This document shows, piece after piece, positions 28,649-37,615 of a stretch of DNA of 64,000 nt (the first letter of the stretch is position 1; the number at the start of each line of letters is the position of its first letter). The DNA lies in contig OZ252098.1 of NCBI GenBank assembly GCA_965248355.1, positions 320,001 through 384,000 on the forward strand, written 5' to 3'. The notes below the pieces were generated by a model. The model did not search any database and was not told the origin of the DNA. It saw only the letters and a list, made by a program, of their open reading frames with translations. Both the position numbers and the translations under genes were made by a program. The DNA is from Candidatus Latescibacterota bacterium (GTDB taxonomy: Bacteria > Latescibacterota > UBA2968 > UBA8231).

Positions 28649-30178
28649 CTAGCCGTCGATGAAGCGGAAGCTGTAGAGCCCGGCGTTGCGCAGGTGGAAT
28701 CGCAGGAAGGCGGGCTTGCCCACGAGGGCGCCGAGGTCGTCTCCGCCGCGCCAGCGCACCCGCAGGGCGGCGCTCGTCATCCCCATGGGCAGGCAGTCCT
28801 CGAGGGCGAATCCCTCGTGGTAGCCGGCGTCGCGGTGGTCGCCGGCGGCCCCCGTCCGGCGCGCCAGCCCGACCCGGATCTCGCAGGGCGGCCGGCCGTC
28901 CCGGTCGATGACGCGCTCGCAGTGGATCTCCAGGTGGCGGCCCCCAACGAGCAGCTCCCGGGTGAGCAGGAAGCCGTCGTCGTCGCCGGCGAAGCGGCCG
29001 ATGAGGCGCCCCCTGGGGACGACGGCGGCGCCCACGGCGGTGAGCGAGAAGGAGTGGGCGTGGCGCAGCTCGGGCTGCCGCTGCCCGATGTAGTAGATCA
29101 GCCAGTTGTCGCCGAGCTCCACCGGCGGACAGGCGGGCACCGCGGCGTGCTCGTCCCAGCTGCCTTCCGGACCGGGCTCGAGCCAGCCCGGCCGGTCCGG
29201 AAGGCGGCTCCAGCGGTAGCCGTCGGCGCTGAAGGCCAGCTGGGTCTGCCAGCGGCCGGAGCCGTGGTGGTCGGAGATCGGCACGAAGGAGAAGAAGTGG
29301 CTTCCACACTTGAAGGCCGCCGCCGATCCCTCCACGCAGAAGGTGCTGATGTCGAGCTCGTCGGGCACGATGGCGCTCCGCGGAAAGGACCAGGAGCGCA
29401 GGTCGGGGCTGGTCATGACGGCCATGCGTCGGCGGGTGTTGCCCCGGGACGGGCGCGGCGTGGCCGCCGCGTCGAAAGCCATCACCTTGGGGCGGCAGAA
29501 GCAGAACCACCGCTCCGTCGCCGGATCCCAGCAGACCGGGTTTTGACCGTCGCTGCCGCCGCGGGTGACGGGGTTGCCCTCGTCCGCCGTCCAGTGGATG
29601 CCGTCAGGGGACCAGGCGAGACAGCGCCCGTCGCGCTGGCCGGGGCCCGGATAGCCGATGGTGTCCCGGTAGAGCATCACCAGGCGGCGCTGCTCGTCGC
29701 CTTGGTCCGGATTCCACACCACCTCCGGCGACTGGGCACGGGTGTCGCCGGGGAAGACGACATTCGTCCGGGGGTAGTCCCTCCAGGCGAACCCCTCGAG
29801 GTCCGGTTTCTCCCAGTGCAGCCCGTCTTCGCTCCGGGCGTAGCAGACGAACTTCGGCGTGCCGTGGGCGGCGCGGTCCCACGGATGGGGCTGCAGGCCG
29901 AAGTAGTTCATGTAGCGCTGGTAGGCCTCCACGTTGACCGACTGGTAGAGCATGTGGTACACGCCCTCCCGCTCGTCCCGCAGGACGTTGCAGGTGCGGA
30001 TGCCGTCCTCCCAAGGCCGGTCGCAGAGGAGCACCGGGCCCACGGGGTGGCGCAGGGGCTGGTGCAGGCAGCGGCGCAGGTCCCAGGTGTCCTCCACCAC
30101 GTGGTCGTCCACGAGCATCTGCTCGACGCGGCCCACATCGAGGGGGTCTCCCTCCCCGTAGCTTGTGCGATCTGCCAT
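28649..30178 (-). CDS. Glycoside-hydrolase-like beta-propeller protein (GH32/43-like fold, Asp-box repeats)
   Basis: Repeated SxDGxxW (SEDGLHW, SPDGIHW, SPDLRSW, SADGYRW) plus a beta-sandwich tail; ATG at 30178 overlaps the upstream stop. Confidence 0.7.
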   Translation of the reverse strand: MADRTSYGEGDPLDVGRVEQMLVDDHVVEDTWDLRRCLHQPLRHPVGPVLLCDRPWEDGIRTCNVLRDEREGVYHMLYQSVNVEAYQRYMNYFGLQPHPWDRAAHGTPKFVCYARSEDGLHWEKPDLEGFAWRDYPRTNVVFPGDTRAQSPEVVWNPDQGDEQRRLVMLYRDTIGYPGPGQRDGRCLAWSPDGIHWTADEGNPVTRGGSDGQNPVCWDPATERWFCFCRPKVMAFDAAATPRPSRGNTRRRMAVMTSPDLRSWSFPRSAIVPDELDISTFCVEGSAAAFKCGSHFFSFVPISDHHGSGRWQTQLAFSADGYRWSRLPDRPGWLEPGPEGSWDEHAAVPACPPVELGDNWLIYYIGQRQPELRHAHSFSLTAVGAAVVPRGRLIGRFAGDDDGFLLTRELLVGGRHLEIHCERVIDRDGRPPCEIRVGLARRTGAAGDHRDAGYHEGFALEDCLPMGMTSAALRVRWRGGDDLGALVGKPAFLRFHLRNAGLYSFRFIDG

Positions 30179-31149
30179 CACCACTCCCTGACCGGCGGCT
30201 CGCCGTGGATCAGGTGCCGCACGGCGGGGCCGCCCTCTTCGAGGAAGCCGCGCTCCGTCATGGGCAGGCCCGGCTGCAGATCGACGTTCCCCCAGGTCGT
30301 GTCCACCTCGACGTTGCGGTGGCTCAGGCGTCCATCCTCCACGGTGACGACGCGGAAGTGGGGAGCCATGGTGGTGGGGATCAGGACCTGAACGTCCCCG
30401 TCCGCCCACTGGTTTCCGGTGGAGCGCAGGCCGAGGACGGGCACGCCTTTCACCTCGCGCTCCTTGGTGGCGTGGATGTGGCCGTGCAGGAGGGCCAGCA
30501 CCTTCCGGCCTTGCAGCAGTTCCCAGACCCGGTCCATGTCCTCGGGCATCTCCCCCTCGACCCAGGGCATCTCGGCCACGGGAGCGGCGGGCAGATGCAT
30601 GGCGATGATGATGGGCGTCTCCCGCGGCAGGCGGGCGCACTCCCGCTCCAGCAGCCGCATGGACGAGGCGGGCATGCGGTCCCGCCGGGGCGGGGGGATC
30701 GGACGGTTGACGAATCGCGGCGTGTCGAGGCACAGGAAGCGCACGCCCTTGTGGGTGAAGGCGAAGTCGAGGGAGCCGGGGGCCGGCGACCCGGGGAAGA
30801 GGTGGCGCAGGAAGGGCCCGTCCTGATCGTGGTTGCCCGGGACGAAGTAGATGGGCATCCCCTCCATCCCCGGGAAGTCCAGGCGCTGCGGCCCGGGGAA
30901 GGCGGCGCCCGGCCGCAGGTGGATGGCGCCGGCGAAGCACTGGTAGGGCCGGTCCAGGGGAAAGCTGACGTAGTCCCCGGTGCCGAGGATGAAGTCCGCC
31001 CCGGCGGCTTCGTGTCGGGCGATGTGCTGCAGCACCCGCTGCAGGGTGAAGTGCAGGCAGAGCCCCCGGAGCAGGCTGCCCGGCGTGTCCAGCAGGTGGC
31101 AGTCGGTGATCTGGATGAAGGAGAAGCGCTCGCCCGGCTCGCAGGTCAA
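30178..31149 (-). CDS. Calcineurin-like metallophosphoesterase (CpdA/Icc-like)
   Basis: ITDCH, TGD, PGNHD and HGHIH. Confidence 0.88.
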   Translation of the reverse strand: MTCEPGERFSFIQITDCHLLDTPGSLLRGLCLHFTLQRVLQHIARHEAAGADFILGTGDYVSFPLDRPYQCFAGAIHLRPGAAFPGPQRLDFPGMEGMPIYFVPGNHDQDGPFLRHLFPGSPAPGSLDFAFTHKGVRFLCLDTPRFVNRPIPPPRRDRMPASSMRLLERECARLPRETPIIIAMHLPAAPVAEMPWVEGEMPEDMDRVWELLQGRKVLALLHGHIHATKEREVKGVPVLGLRSTGNQWADGDVQVLIPTTMAPHFRVVTVEDGRLSHRNVEVDTTWGNVDLQPGLPMTERGFLEEGGPAVRHLIHGEPPVREW

Positions 31150-32621
31150 GTCAACCCTCCAGCAGGGCGGTCCGGCGGCGTCAGGCCGATCTCCCGCAGC
31201 CGCTCCGGCGGCGCGATGTGGTGCCCGGCGGCCAGCAGCGTCTCCTGCAGGAGACGGACATCCAGGTCCCGGGGGGAGACGCCCTCGCGGGCGGCCAGGG
31301 CCGCCGCCGTGCCGGCCACCTGCCCCATCTGCTGGGCGCTGTAGCGCTGGCGGAACTGGGGTCCGCGCTTCATGGCGCTGCGTCCGGAGGCGATCAGGCC
31401 GTCCACCCCCCTGGGGATCAGCATGCGGTAGGGGACGTCGACGCCGCCCTCCACGTAGCGCTTGTCGTCATAATAGGTGTAGATCACGTCGTCGAAGCGG
31501 GCCCCGGCGGCAACATCCTCGAGGGTCAGGGCGCGCTCGCTCTCGATGCTCTTGCCGCCGCGGGCCTGGAAGTACGGGGAGACGACGTAGAGGTAGGCCT
31601 CCTCGTACCCAGGGACGTAGCGGTTCATGAACTCGACGAACTCGTAGATGAAGCACCACTGCTGCTGCTGGATGCGGGAGAGGGCGAGCCCGTCGCCCGG
31701 ATGGAACCGCCCGTTGACCCGGGTCCGGCAGTTGACCGACGGCGGATCGCCTTGCGGCTCCCTGAGGGTGATCTCGAGGGTGGCGAAGCCGTCCACGATC
31801 TGGGTGATCCGGAAGCCCCCTGCCTCCCAGGCCTGGCGCGCCCAGGGCATCAGCTGCGGCGGCGCCGGGTACCTCTCCAGCCAGGCTTCGTCCTCCGCCG
31901 TGAGGGCGGGGCGTCCGTCCCGGGCGCGCGCCCACCGCTCGGCGTCGACCCCCATGATGCCGAAGTAGACGCCCATGGAGGGATTCTCCTCCAGCTCGAC
32001 CACGGAAGCGCCGGCGCGGTCGGCCACGTCGGCGGTGCCGGTGCAGTCCACGGCGACCCGGGAGCGGATGGCCAAGGTGCCCGACTTGTTCTCCACCAGG
32101 ATGCCGGTGAGCCGGTCCTCCTCCTTCACCACGTCGACGACGGAACTGAAGAGGAGGATGCCCACGCCCGCCTCCTCGAGCATCCGGGTGGCCACGTAGG
32201 GCACGGTCTTGCTGTCCCGGAGGTAGTCGGAGCCGACGCGCCGCCCCTCGTGGTGGACGACCCGTTCGTTGAACTCCTGGGGGATGCCGCCGAGGCCGTC
32301 GGGAAAGGCCTCGGGGTTCTTCAGGGCCAGGTGCAGGGATCCGCCGGCGAACATGCCGGGACCCATGTTGCCGCCCAGACTTCCGAAGGGCTCCACCACC
32401 AGGGTCCGGACGCCCAGCCGGCCCGCGGCCAGGGCGGCGATGATCCCGGTGATGCCGCCGCCGGCGACGAGGACATCGACCTCCTCGACCACGGGGATCC
32501 GCTTCGCGGGACGGTCCACGTGGCCCTTGACGTCCCACAGGTCCGCCCCCCGGCGCCAGAGCGCGGCCGGAGCCGAGCTCTCGTCGGCGGTGTTCGCGGG
32601 GGCGGCTCCCTGGCTGTCCAT
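31146..32621 (-). CDS. FAD-dependent oxidoreductase
   Basis: DVLVAGGGITG, DCTGTAD, VPYRMLIP and MGQVAGTAAALA. Confidence 0.88.
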   Translation of the reverse strand: MDSQGAAPANTADESSAPAALWRRGADLWDVKGHVDRPAKRIPVVEEVDVLVAGGGITGIIAALAAGRLGVRTLVVEPFGSLGGNMGPGMFAGGSLHLALKNPEAFPDGLGGIPQEFNERVVHHEGRRVGSDYLRDSKTVPYVATRMLEEAGVGILLFSSVVDVVKEEDRLTGILVENKSGTLAIRSRVAVDCTGTADVADRAGASVVELEENPSMGVYFGIMGVDAERWARARDGRPALTAEDEAWLERYPAPPQLMPWARQAWEAGGFRITQIVDGFATLEITLREPQGDPPSVNCRTRVNGRFHPGDGLALSRIQQQQWCFIYEFVEFMNRYVPGYEEAYLYVVSPYFQARGGKSIESERALTLEDVAAGARFDDVIYTYYDDKRYVEGGVDVPYRMLIPRGVDGLIASGRSAMKRGPQFRQRYSAQQMGQVAGTAAALAAREGVSPRDLDVRLLQETLLAAGHHIAPPERLREIGLTPPDRPAGGLT

Positions 32622-32663
32622 CGAGTCGATTTCCCTTCGGGGCGGTCGTCAGATCCTGGGGCA

Positions 32664-32700
32664 AGAAAAGGGAGGCAGGCCGCGCGGGGGCCTGCCTCCC
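32664..32700 (-). terminator. Rho-independent terminator
   Basis: 12-bp stem GGGAGGCAGGCC/GGCCTGCCTCCC followed by TTTTCTT on the minus strand. Confidence 0.85.
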
Positions 32701-32737
32701 TGAGAACCGTTGACCAGCGGCGGTGGTGCAGCCGCTC

Positions 32738-33676
32738 TTACTGCTGGAAGCTGGCCTTGACCTGACCCCAGCTGTTGGACTCGACGGCGGTGATCAAAGC
32801 TGGATCCACCGGCAGCAGGAGCCAGTCGCTGACGACGTCGCTGTCAGCGTACCACCTCGCGCCGCCGGGACCGCCCGACCGCCAGACCGAATTGTGGCCC
32901 GCTTCGTTGGAGACCCCGTCGATGTCGCAGAAGGCGATCCCCATTCCAATGATCTGGCCTTCCGACAAGGGGGCGACCACGCTCTCCTCGGGCGACAGGT
33001 GAACCAGGTTGTTGAAGTAGACGGACCACCACTCCGAGATCAGACTCACATCGGTGCCGCCGTGCTCACCGTCTATGTCGTAGGAGTCGGGGCAGCAGGC
33101 ATAGGGCGGCTTGTCGTGCCAGGTGGCGGCGCTCACCCACATCCAGCTCCAGGCGTTGTTACCTTCTCCGATGGGCGGCCAGCGCCAGTGGGCGATCTGG
33201 GCAGACCTGGCTTGCGTCTCTTCGTCGCCGGTGACCATGACGCCACCGCTGTGGTCGGCGTCGACGTGGATCTCGATGCTGTCGTCGCCGCCGCACGCGC
33301 CGGGCGGCTCCGCCACGTCGCGGTCCCACGAGTCGTCGAAGCGATCCTGCGCAAAGTACATGCGGTCGAACTCGTCGTTCCAGGCGACGGCCATGCGGAT
33401 GGTGAGGTCTGAGGCCTCATTATCGGTGCCGTCCATGCCCTTGTGATCGCCCGCCACGGCGTGGAACAGGGCGTTGCCGTCGTTGTCCAGGGTGGACATG
33501 GTGAGCCAGAGGTACTCGGGTATGACCTCCCACTCGCTGATGTCGCCGTCCATGACGGGCAGGGCATTCGAAGGCCACTGCCAGACCCCGAGGACGGTGC
33601 CCGGGGGCACGTGGGCCTGCGCCGAGCCGAAGGCCAGCAGCAGAACCGCCATGGTAAGGAATTTTCTCATGGTCAT
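32738..33676 (-). CDS. Secreted CBM9/DOMON-like protein with C-terminal AVExxSWGQVK tail (copy 1)
   Basis: Signal peptide ..GSAQA, MDGDISEW, DDSIEIHVD and tail AVESNSWGQVKASFQQ. Confidence 0.8.
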   Translation of the reverse strand: MTMRKFLTMAVLLLAFGSAQAHVPPGTVLGVWQWPSNALPVMDGDISEWEVIPEYLWLTMSTLDNDGNALFHAVAGDHKGMDGTDNEASDLTIRMAVAWNDEFDRMYFAQDRFDDSWDRDVAEPPGACGGDDSIEIHVDADHSGGVMVTGDEETQARSAQIAHWRWPPIGEGNNAWSWMWVSAATWHDKPPYACCPDSYDIDGEHGGTDVSLISEWWSVYFNNLVHLSPEESVVAPLSEGQIIGMGIAFCDIDGVSNEAGHNSVWRSGGPGGARWYADSDVVSDWLLLPVDPALITAVESNSWGQVKASFQQ

Positions 33677-33744
33677 GTCTCCAATCGCATGATGAAAGGG
33701 TGGACGATCGGGGCCGAATACCTCGATCCTGAGAGGTTGCGTGT

Positions 33745-33773
33745 ATACTACCACGAAAACCCCGCAGAATCAA
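33745..33773 (-). promoter_or_regulatory. sigma70-type promoter TTGATT-N17-TAGTAT
   Basis: Same architecture as the promoter of copy 2. Confidence 0.65.
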
Positions 33774-33794
33774 CGCATTCCCTACTGAGGCAGC

Positions 33795-33828
33795 AAAAAG
33801 GGAGGCAGGCCGCGGGGGCCTGCCTCCC
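33795..33828 (-). terminator. Rho-independent terminator
   Basis: Same 12-bp stem as 32670-32700, followed by TTTTT. Confidence 0.85.
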
Positions 33829-33864
33829 CAAAAACCGTACCAGCGGCGCGGACCTGCAGCCGCT

Positions 33865-34803
33865 CTACTGCTGGAAGCTGGCCTTGACCTGGCCCCAGCT
33901 GTTGGACTCGACGGCGCTATCAAAATCTGGATCCACCGGCAGCAGGAGCCAGTCGCCGAGGACGTCGCTGTCAGCGTAATACCTCGCCGCACCGTCACCG
34001 CCCGACACCCAGACCGTATTGGGGCCGTCTTGGGCGGCCCCGTCGATGTCGCAAAGGGCGAGGGTCATGCCGATGATCTGGCCCTCCGAAAGGGGGGCGA
34101 CCACGCTCTCCTCGGGCGACAGGTGAACCAGGTTGTTGAAGTAGACGGTCCACCACTCGGAGATCAGCGTCACATCGGTGTCGCCGTGCCCACCGTCGAT
34201 GTCGAAGGCGGTGGGGCAGCAGGCATAGGGCTCCTTGTCGTGCCAGGTGGCGGCGCTCACCCACATCCAGCTCCAGGCGTTGTTCCCTTCTCCGATGGGC
34301 GGCCAGCGCCAGTGGGCGATCTGGGCCGACCTGGCTTGCGTCTCTTCGTCGCCGGTGACCATGACACCACCGGTGTGGTCGGCGTCGACATGGATCTCGA
34401 TGCTGTCGTCGCCGCCGCACTCGCCGGGCGGCTCCGCCACGTCGCGGTCGTACACGTCGTCGAAGCGCTCCTGGGCGAAGTACATGCGGTCGAACTCGTC
34501 GTTCCAGGCGACGGCGACGCGGATGGTGAGGTCGGAGGCGTCACCCTCGGGGCCGGACATGCCCTTGTCATTGCCATGGACGCCGGTGAACAGGGGGTTG
34601 CCGTCGTTGTCCAGGGTGGTGGACGGATCGAGCCACAGGTAATCGGGGATGACCTCCCACTCGCTGATGTCGCCGTCCAACTCGGGCAGGGCGTTCGAAG
34701 GCCACTGCCAAACTCCCAGGACGTTGCCCGGGGGCAGGTGGGCCTGCGCCGAGCCGAAGCCCAGCAGCAGAACCGCCATGGTGAGGGTTTTTCTCATGGT
34801 CAT
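33865..34803 (-). CDS. Secreted CBM9/DOMON-like protein with C-terminal AVExxSWGQVK tail (copy 2)
   Basis: Close paralog of 32738-33676 with long identical stretches. Confidence 0.8.
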   Translation of the reverse strand: MTMRKTLTMAVLLLGFGSAQAHLPPGNVLGVWQWPSNALPELDGDISEWEVIPDYLWLDPSTTLDNDGNPLFTGVHGNDKGMSGPEGDASDLTIRVAVAWNDEFDRMYFAQERFDDVYDRDVAEPPGECGGDDSIEIHVDADHTGGVMVTGDEETQARSAQIAHWRWPPIGEGNNAWSWMWVSAATWHDKEPYACCPTAFDIDGGHGDTDVTLISEWWTVYFNNLVHLSPEESVVAPLSEGQIIGMTLALCDIDGAAQDGPNTVWVSGGDGAARYYADSDVLGDWLLLPVDPDFDSAVESNSWGQVKASFQQ

Positions 34804-34884
34804 ATCTCCAATCGCATGATGGAAGGGTGAAGGTCGAGGGCGGGATACCCTCGGTCTTGAGCGTGCTTGACGGTCAACAGCCGA

Positions 34885-34913
34885 ATATTACGCAAGAGAA
34901 ACCGGAAAATCAA
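34885..34913 (-). promoter_or_regulatory. sigma70-type promoter TTGATT-N17-TAATAT
   Basis: -35 at 34913-34908 and -10 at 34890-34885. Confidence 0.65.
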
Positions 34914-34924
34914 CCACTTTGAGA

Positions 34925-37582
34925 TCAGTAGGACACGGCCAGGGTCCGCACTGCCTCGCGGCCCTCCAGGCGGCGCCCGCCGTCGTCGGTGTCGACCCGC
35001 AGGCGCACGAGGTAGATCCCCGGGGGCACGAGGAGCCCGTTGGCGTCGAGGCCGTCCCAGGCGATCTCGTAGAGGCCGGTGCCCGCGGACCCGTGCTCGA
35101 CGACCCGGCGAACGATCCGGCCGCCGAGGTCGTGGACCCGCAGCTCCACGGGACTGCCGTCGGCGACGCGGACGACGTTGAGCGAGAACAGGGCCTCGTC
35201 GTTGATCCCGTCGCCGTTGGGCGTGATGACCGGGGAGCTCAGGTCCACACCGGCAAGCAGGCTTCCGCCGGTGGCCTCGCCGATAAGGGTGATGGCTTCG
35301 CTGTCGACGCTGGCGAGGGCGTCGCCGGGATCGACCCGCTGCCAGGCGTCCTCACCGTCCCGGGTCCGCTTGACCGCGGCCTGCAGTTGGGCGCCGTTGG
35401 TGAACAGGGCGGTTCGGAAGTCGAGGCGCAACACCTCGATCCCACGGGGCTCCACGATGGGGAAGGAGAGGCGCAGGCTGTCGGGACCGGTCGGCATGAC
35501 CTCCAAGTCCTCCACCAGGGTACCGCCCCCGCCGTCGAACTCCTCGGCCGTCCCGGCGTAGAGCCCGGCGAATTCCAGGGACATGTCGGGGGGCGTCCTG
35601 AGCAGCAGTTCGTCGAAGCCCGGGTCCCGATTGTCGAACTCGGGCCGCAGGAAGAGGGAGAAGTCCCGCGGCACCCCCAGCGAGTCGACCCGGGTGGGGG
35701 TCACCTCCGCGAGGAGCCCCTGGGCGACGGGGTTGCTGAAGCGCAGCCGGAGGGAGCGAAGCGTAGGGTGCAGATCGGGGTCGTCCGAGACCAGGGTCGC
35801 GGCGATATTGAGGAACTCCCTCGGGGAGGGAGAGAGGAAGGGACTACCCGAGGCGTCCTCATAGGGCTGGCTCCAGCCGCTCCAGTCGTCTCCTTCTACC
35901 ATCTCGGCGACGATGGGGCCCTTCAAGGAGGGCAGCAGGGACGGATTGTTGTAGGCCTTCTCGCTGATCTCCGTGCCGTCGGCCTTGTAGTAGTGGAGGA
36001 CCTCCCGCAGCTCGTTGCCGGCGCGGGTCTGGATCGAGATCCTGGTCCCCGGCGGGGTGTCCGCCTCCCAGGACATGCTCAGAAGGTTGCGCCGGACTCC
36101 GAGCTCGACCAGGCCCGACTCCATGCGGACCTCGGCGATGTATCCGCGGCCGTAGAGGTAGATCTCCCCTGGCGCGGCGGTGTGAGGTTGCTCTTGGGTG
36201 AAGCCCAGATCGAAGACGAGGCGGAAGAACCGGGTCTTCACGAGGTCGAAGTCGTGAACCTCGAAGTCCTTGCGCATAAACTTCTGTATGCGGCGGGCCA
36301 CGGTCTTGAACTTCAGGGTACCGTCGGGGTTCAGGGATCCGTCGGAGGCCTCGAGATCGTAGGAGTTGAAGCTCCTTCTCTCGCGGTTCGTGACGCCGCC
36401 GTACATCAGCCGGTAGGCGTCGAGCCAGAAGGTGGCCCCCAGGTCGAAGAGGACGTACCCTTCGTTGCCCATGTTGACCTCGGTGAAGGAGCCCACGAGG
36501 CCGTCCACCAGCCTGCCGTAGTTCAGGTTCGCGTTGCCGCTGATTTGCCCGCCGCGCTTGTAGATGGCGGGCATGACGTTGTCCCCCTCGGTCCACACCT
36601 CGATGTCGGCCAGGCGGGGCCGCTCCTTGCGGTAGTGGAGGATCTCTCCCTGCTGTCCGGCGGGCAGACGCAGGTAGTCGGCCTCGCTCAACTCGGTGAG
36701 CCGGCCGTCCCGCTGCAGCTTGTGGTGGACGACGGCGCCCTTGTCGTCCTCGGGCAGGGCGGCGTAGGCCTCGGGGCTGACCAGCCGGCCGCGGTCGAAG
36801 TCGCTGTCGCGGACGACCACCATCACGTATCGCAGCGAGGCGCCCTTGAGCCCCCTGGGGGCCTGCACGCTTTGGTTACGGTCGACGGTGGATGGCGGCA
36901 GGATGGCGGCCAGCGGCGCCTCGCCGACGATGGAATCGGTGTATACGTCCTCGAAGGTGAGGTCCAGCACCCGGACGTCCTTGTTGGGCCTCAACGTTCG
37001 GTACACCGTCGCGAAGAACGGGTGTTTCGAAGCGGCGGCGGACGGCGGACGCTCGCCGTTGGAGACGAGGACGTCGAACTGAAGGAACGGGTCGCCCAGC
37101 TCCTCCTCCGCGAACCGGAGCACCAGCCTCTTGGCGATGACGTTCCGTCCCAGGTCGACCATGAGCCACCAGCGCGCGCCGAGCTCGACGGGTGGGGCGT
37201 CGGTCAGGTCGGGCTCCCAGTATGTCGTCGGGTCCCCGTCGAGGACGTTGACCACGTCACGGGGGTTGGAGCCGGCCTGCACGGCGTCGGCGAGGGTGAT
37301 ATCCTCGGGCTCCTTGTTCTTGAGGTGCGACGGGGGATGGAGGCGCAGGTAGCGGACGATCTCGGGGACGGCGTTGATGTCCTTGCGCAGGGCGAGGGGC
37401 CGCACCTCCCCCGAAGGGGAGAGCTCGACGGTCTCCTCGGGAAAGATCCAGTTCTGCCAGAGGCTGCGGCGGTCGACGACGAGCTCGTCGCCGGCGATCC
37501 GGTACGCCCGGCCCTGGGCCGTCAGGCCCGTGGCGGCAGCCAGGACCAGAAGGGCGGTGCGGAAGCTGATGATCCGTGTCAT
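34925..37582 (-). CDS. Secreted discoidin-like + FlgD-Ig C-terminal domain protein (paralog A3)
   Basis: Signal peptide, LDGDPTTYW, VDLG/FDLG, SPSPREF, TPNGDGIND and WDGLDANGLLVPPGIY. Confidence 0.8.
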   Translation of the reverse strand: MTRIISFRTALLVLAAATGLTAQGRAYRIAGDELVVDRRSLWQNWIFPEETVELSPSGEVRPLALRKDINAVPEIVRYLRLHPPSHLKNKEPEDITLADAVQAGSNPRDVVNVLDGDPTTYWEPDLTDAPPVELGARWWLMVDLGRNVIAKRLVLRFAEEELGDPFLQFDVLVSNGERPPSAAASKHPFFATVYRTLRPNKDVRVLDLTFEDVYTDSIVGEAPLAAILPPSTVDRNQSVQAPRGLKGASLRYVMVVVRDSDFDRGRLVSPEAYAALPEDDKGAVVHHKLQRDGRLTELSEADYLRLPAGQQGEILHYRKERPRLADIEVWTEGDNVMPAIYKRGGQISGNANLNYGRLVDGLVGSFTEVNMGNEGYVLFDLGATFWLDAYRLMYGGVTNRERRSFNSYDLEASDGSLNPDGTLKFKTVARRIQKFMRKDFEVHDFDLVKTRFFRLVFDLGFTQEQPHTAAPGEIYLYGRGYIAEVRMESGLVELGVRRNLLSMSWEADTPPGTRISIQTRAGNELREVLHYYKADGTEISEKAYNNPSLLPSLKGPIVAEMVEGDDWSGWSQPYEDASGSPFLSPSPREFLNIAATLVSDDPDLHPTLRSLRLRFSNPVAQGLLAEVTPTRVDSLGVPRDFSLFLRPEFDNRDPGFDELLLRTPPDMSLEFAGLYAGTAEEFDGGGGTLVEDLEVMPTGPDSLRLSFPIVEPRGIEVLRLDFRTALFTNGAQLQAAVKRTRDGEDAWQRVDPGDALASVDSEAITLIGEATGGSLLAGVDLSSPVITPNGDGINDEALFSLNVVRVADGSPVELRVHDLGGRIVRRVVEHGSAGTGLYEIAWDGLDANGLLVPPGIYLVRLRVDTDDGGRRLEGREAVRTLAVSY

Positions 37583-37615
37583 GTGCGGACCTCCTGTCAG
37601 CTATCTGGGCATCTA

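Larger units (their letters stand above)
32664..34913. repeat. Tandem duplication (~1.1 kb unit: promoter, leader, CDS, terminator)
   Basis: Visible nucleotide identity between ~32664-33773 and ~33795-34913. Confidence 0.9.

Noticed and set aside
26924-30391. 1155-aa plus-strand ORF
   Set aside because: Off-frame over the DUF6785-like gene and antisense to the hydrolase; composition is Arg/Pro/Gly-rich noise.
32738-34803. Diversity-generating retroelement template/variable repeat pair
   Set aside because: There is no reverse transcriptase in the window, both copies are full genes with promoters, and the differences include indels and non-adenine changes.
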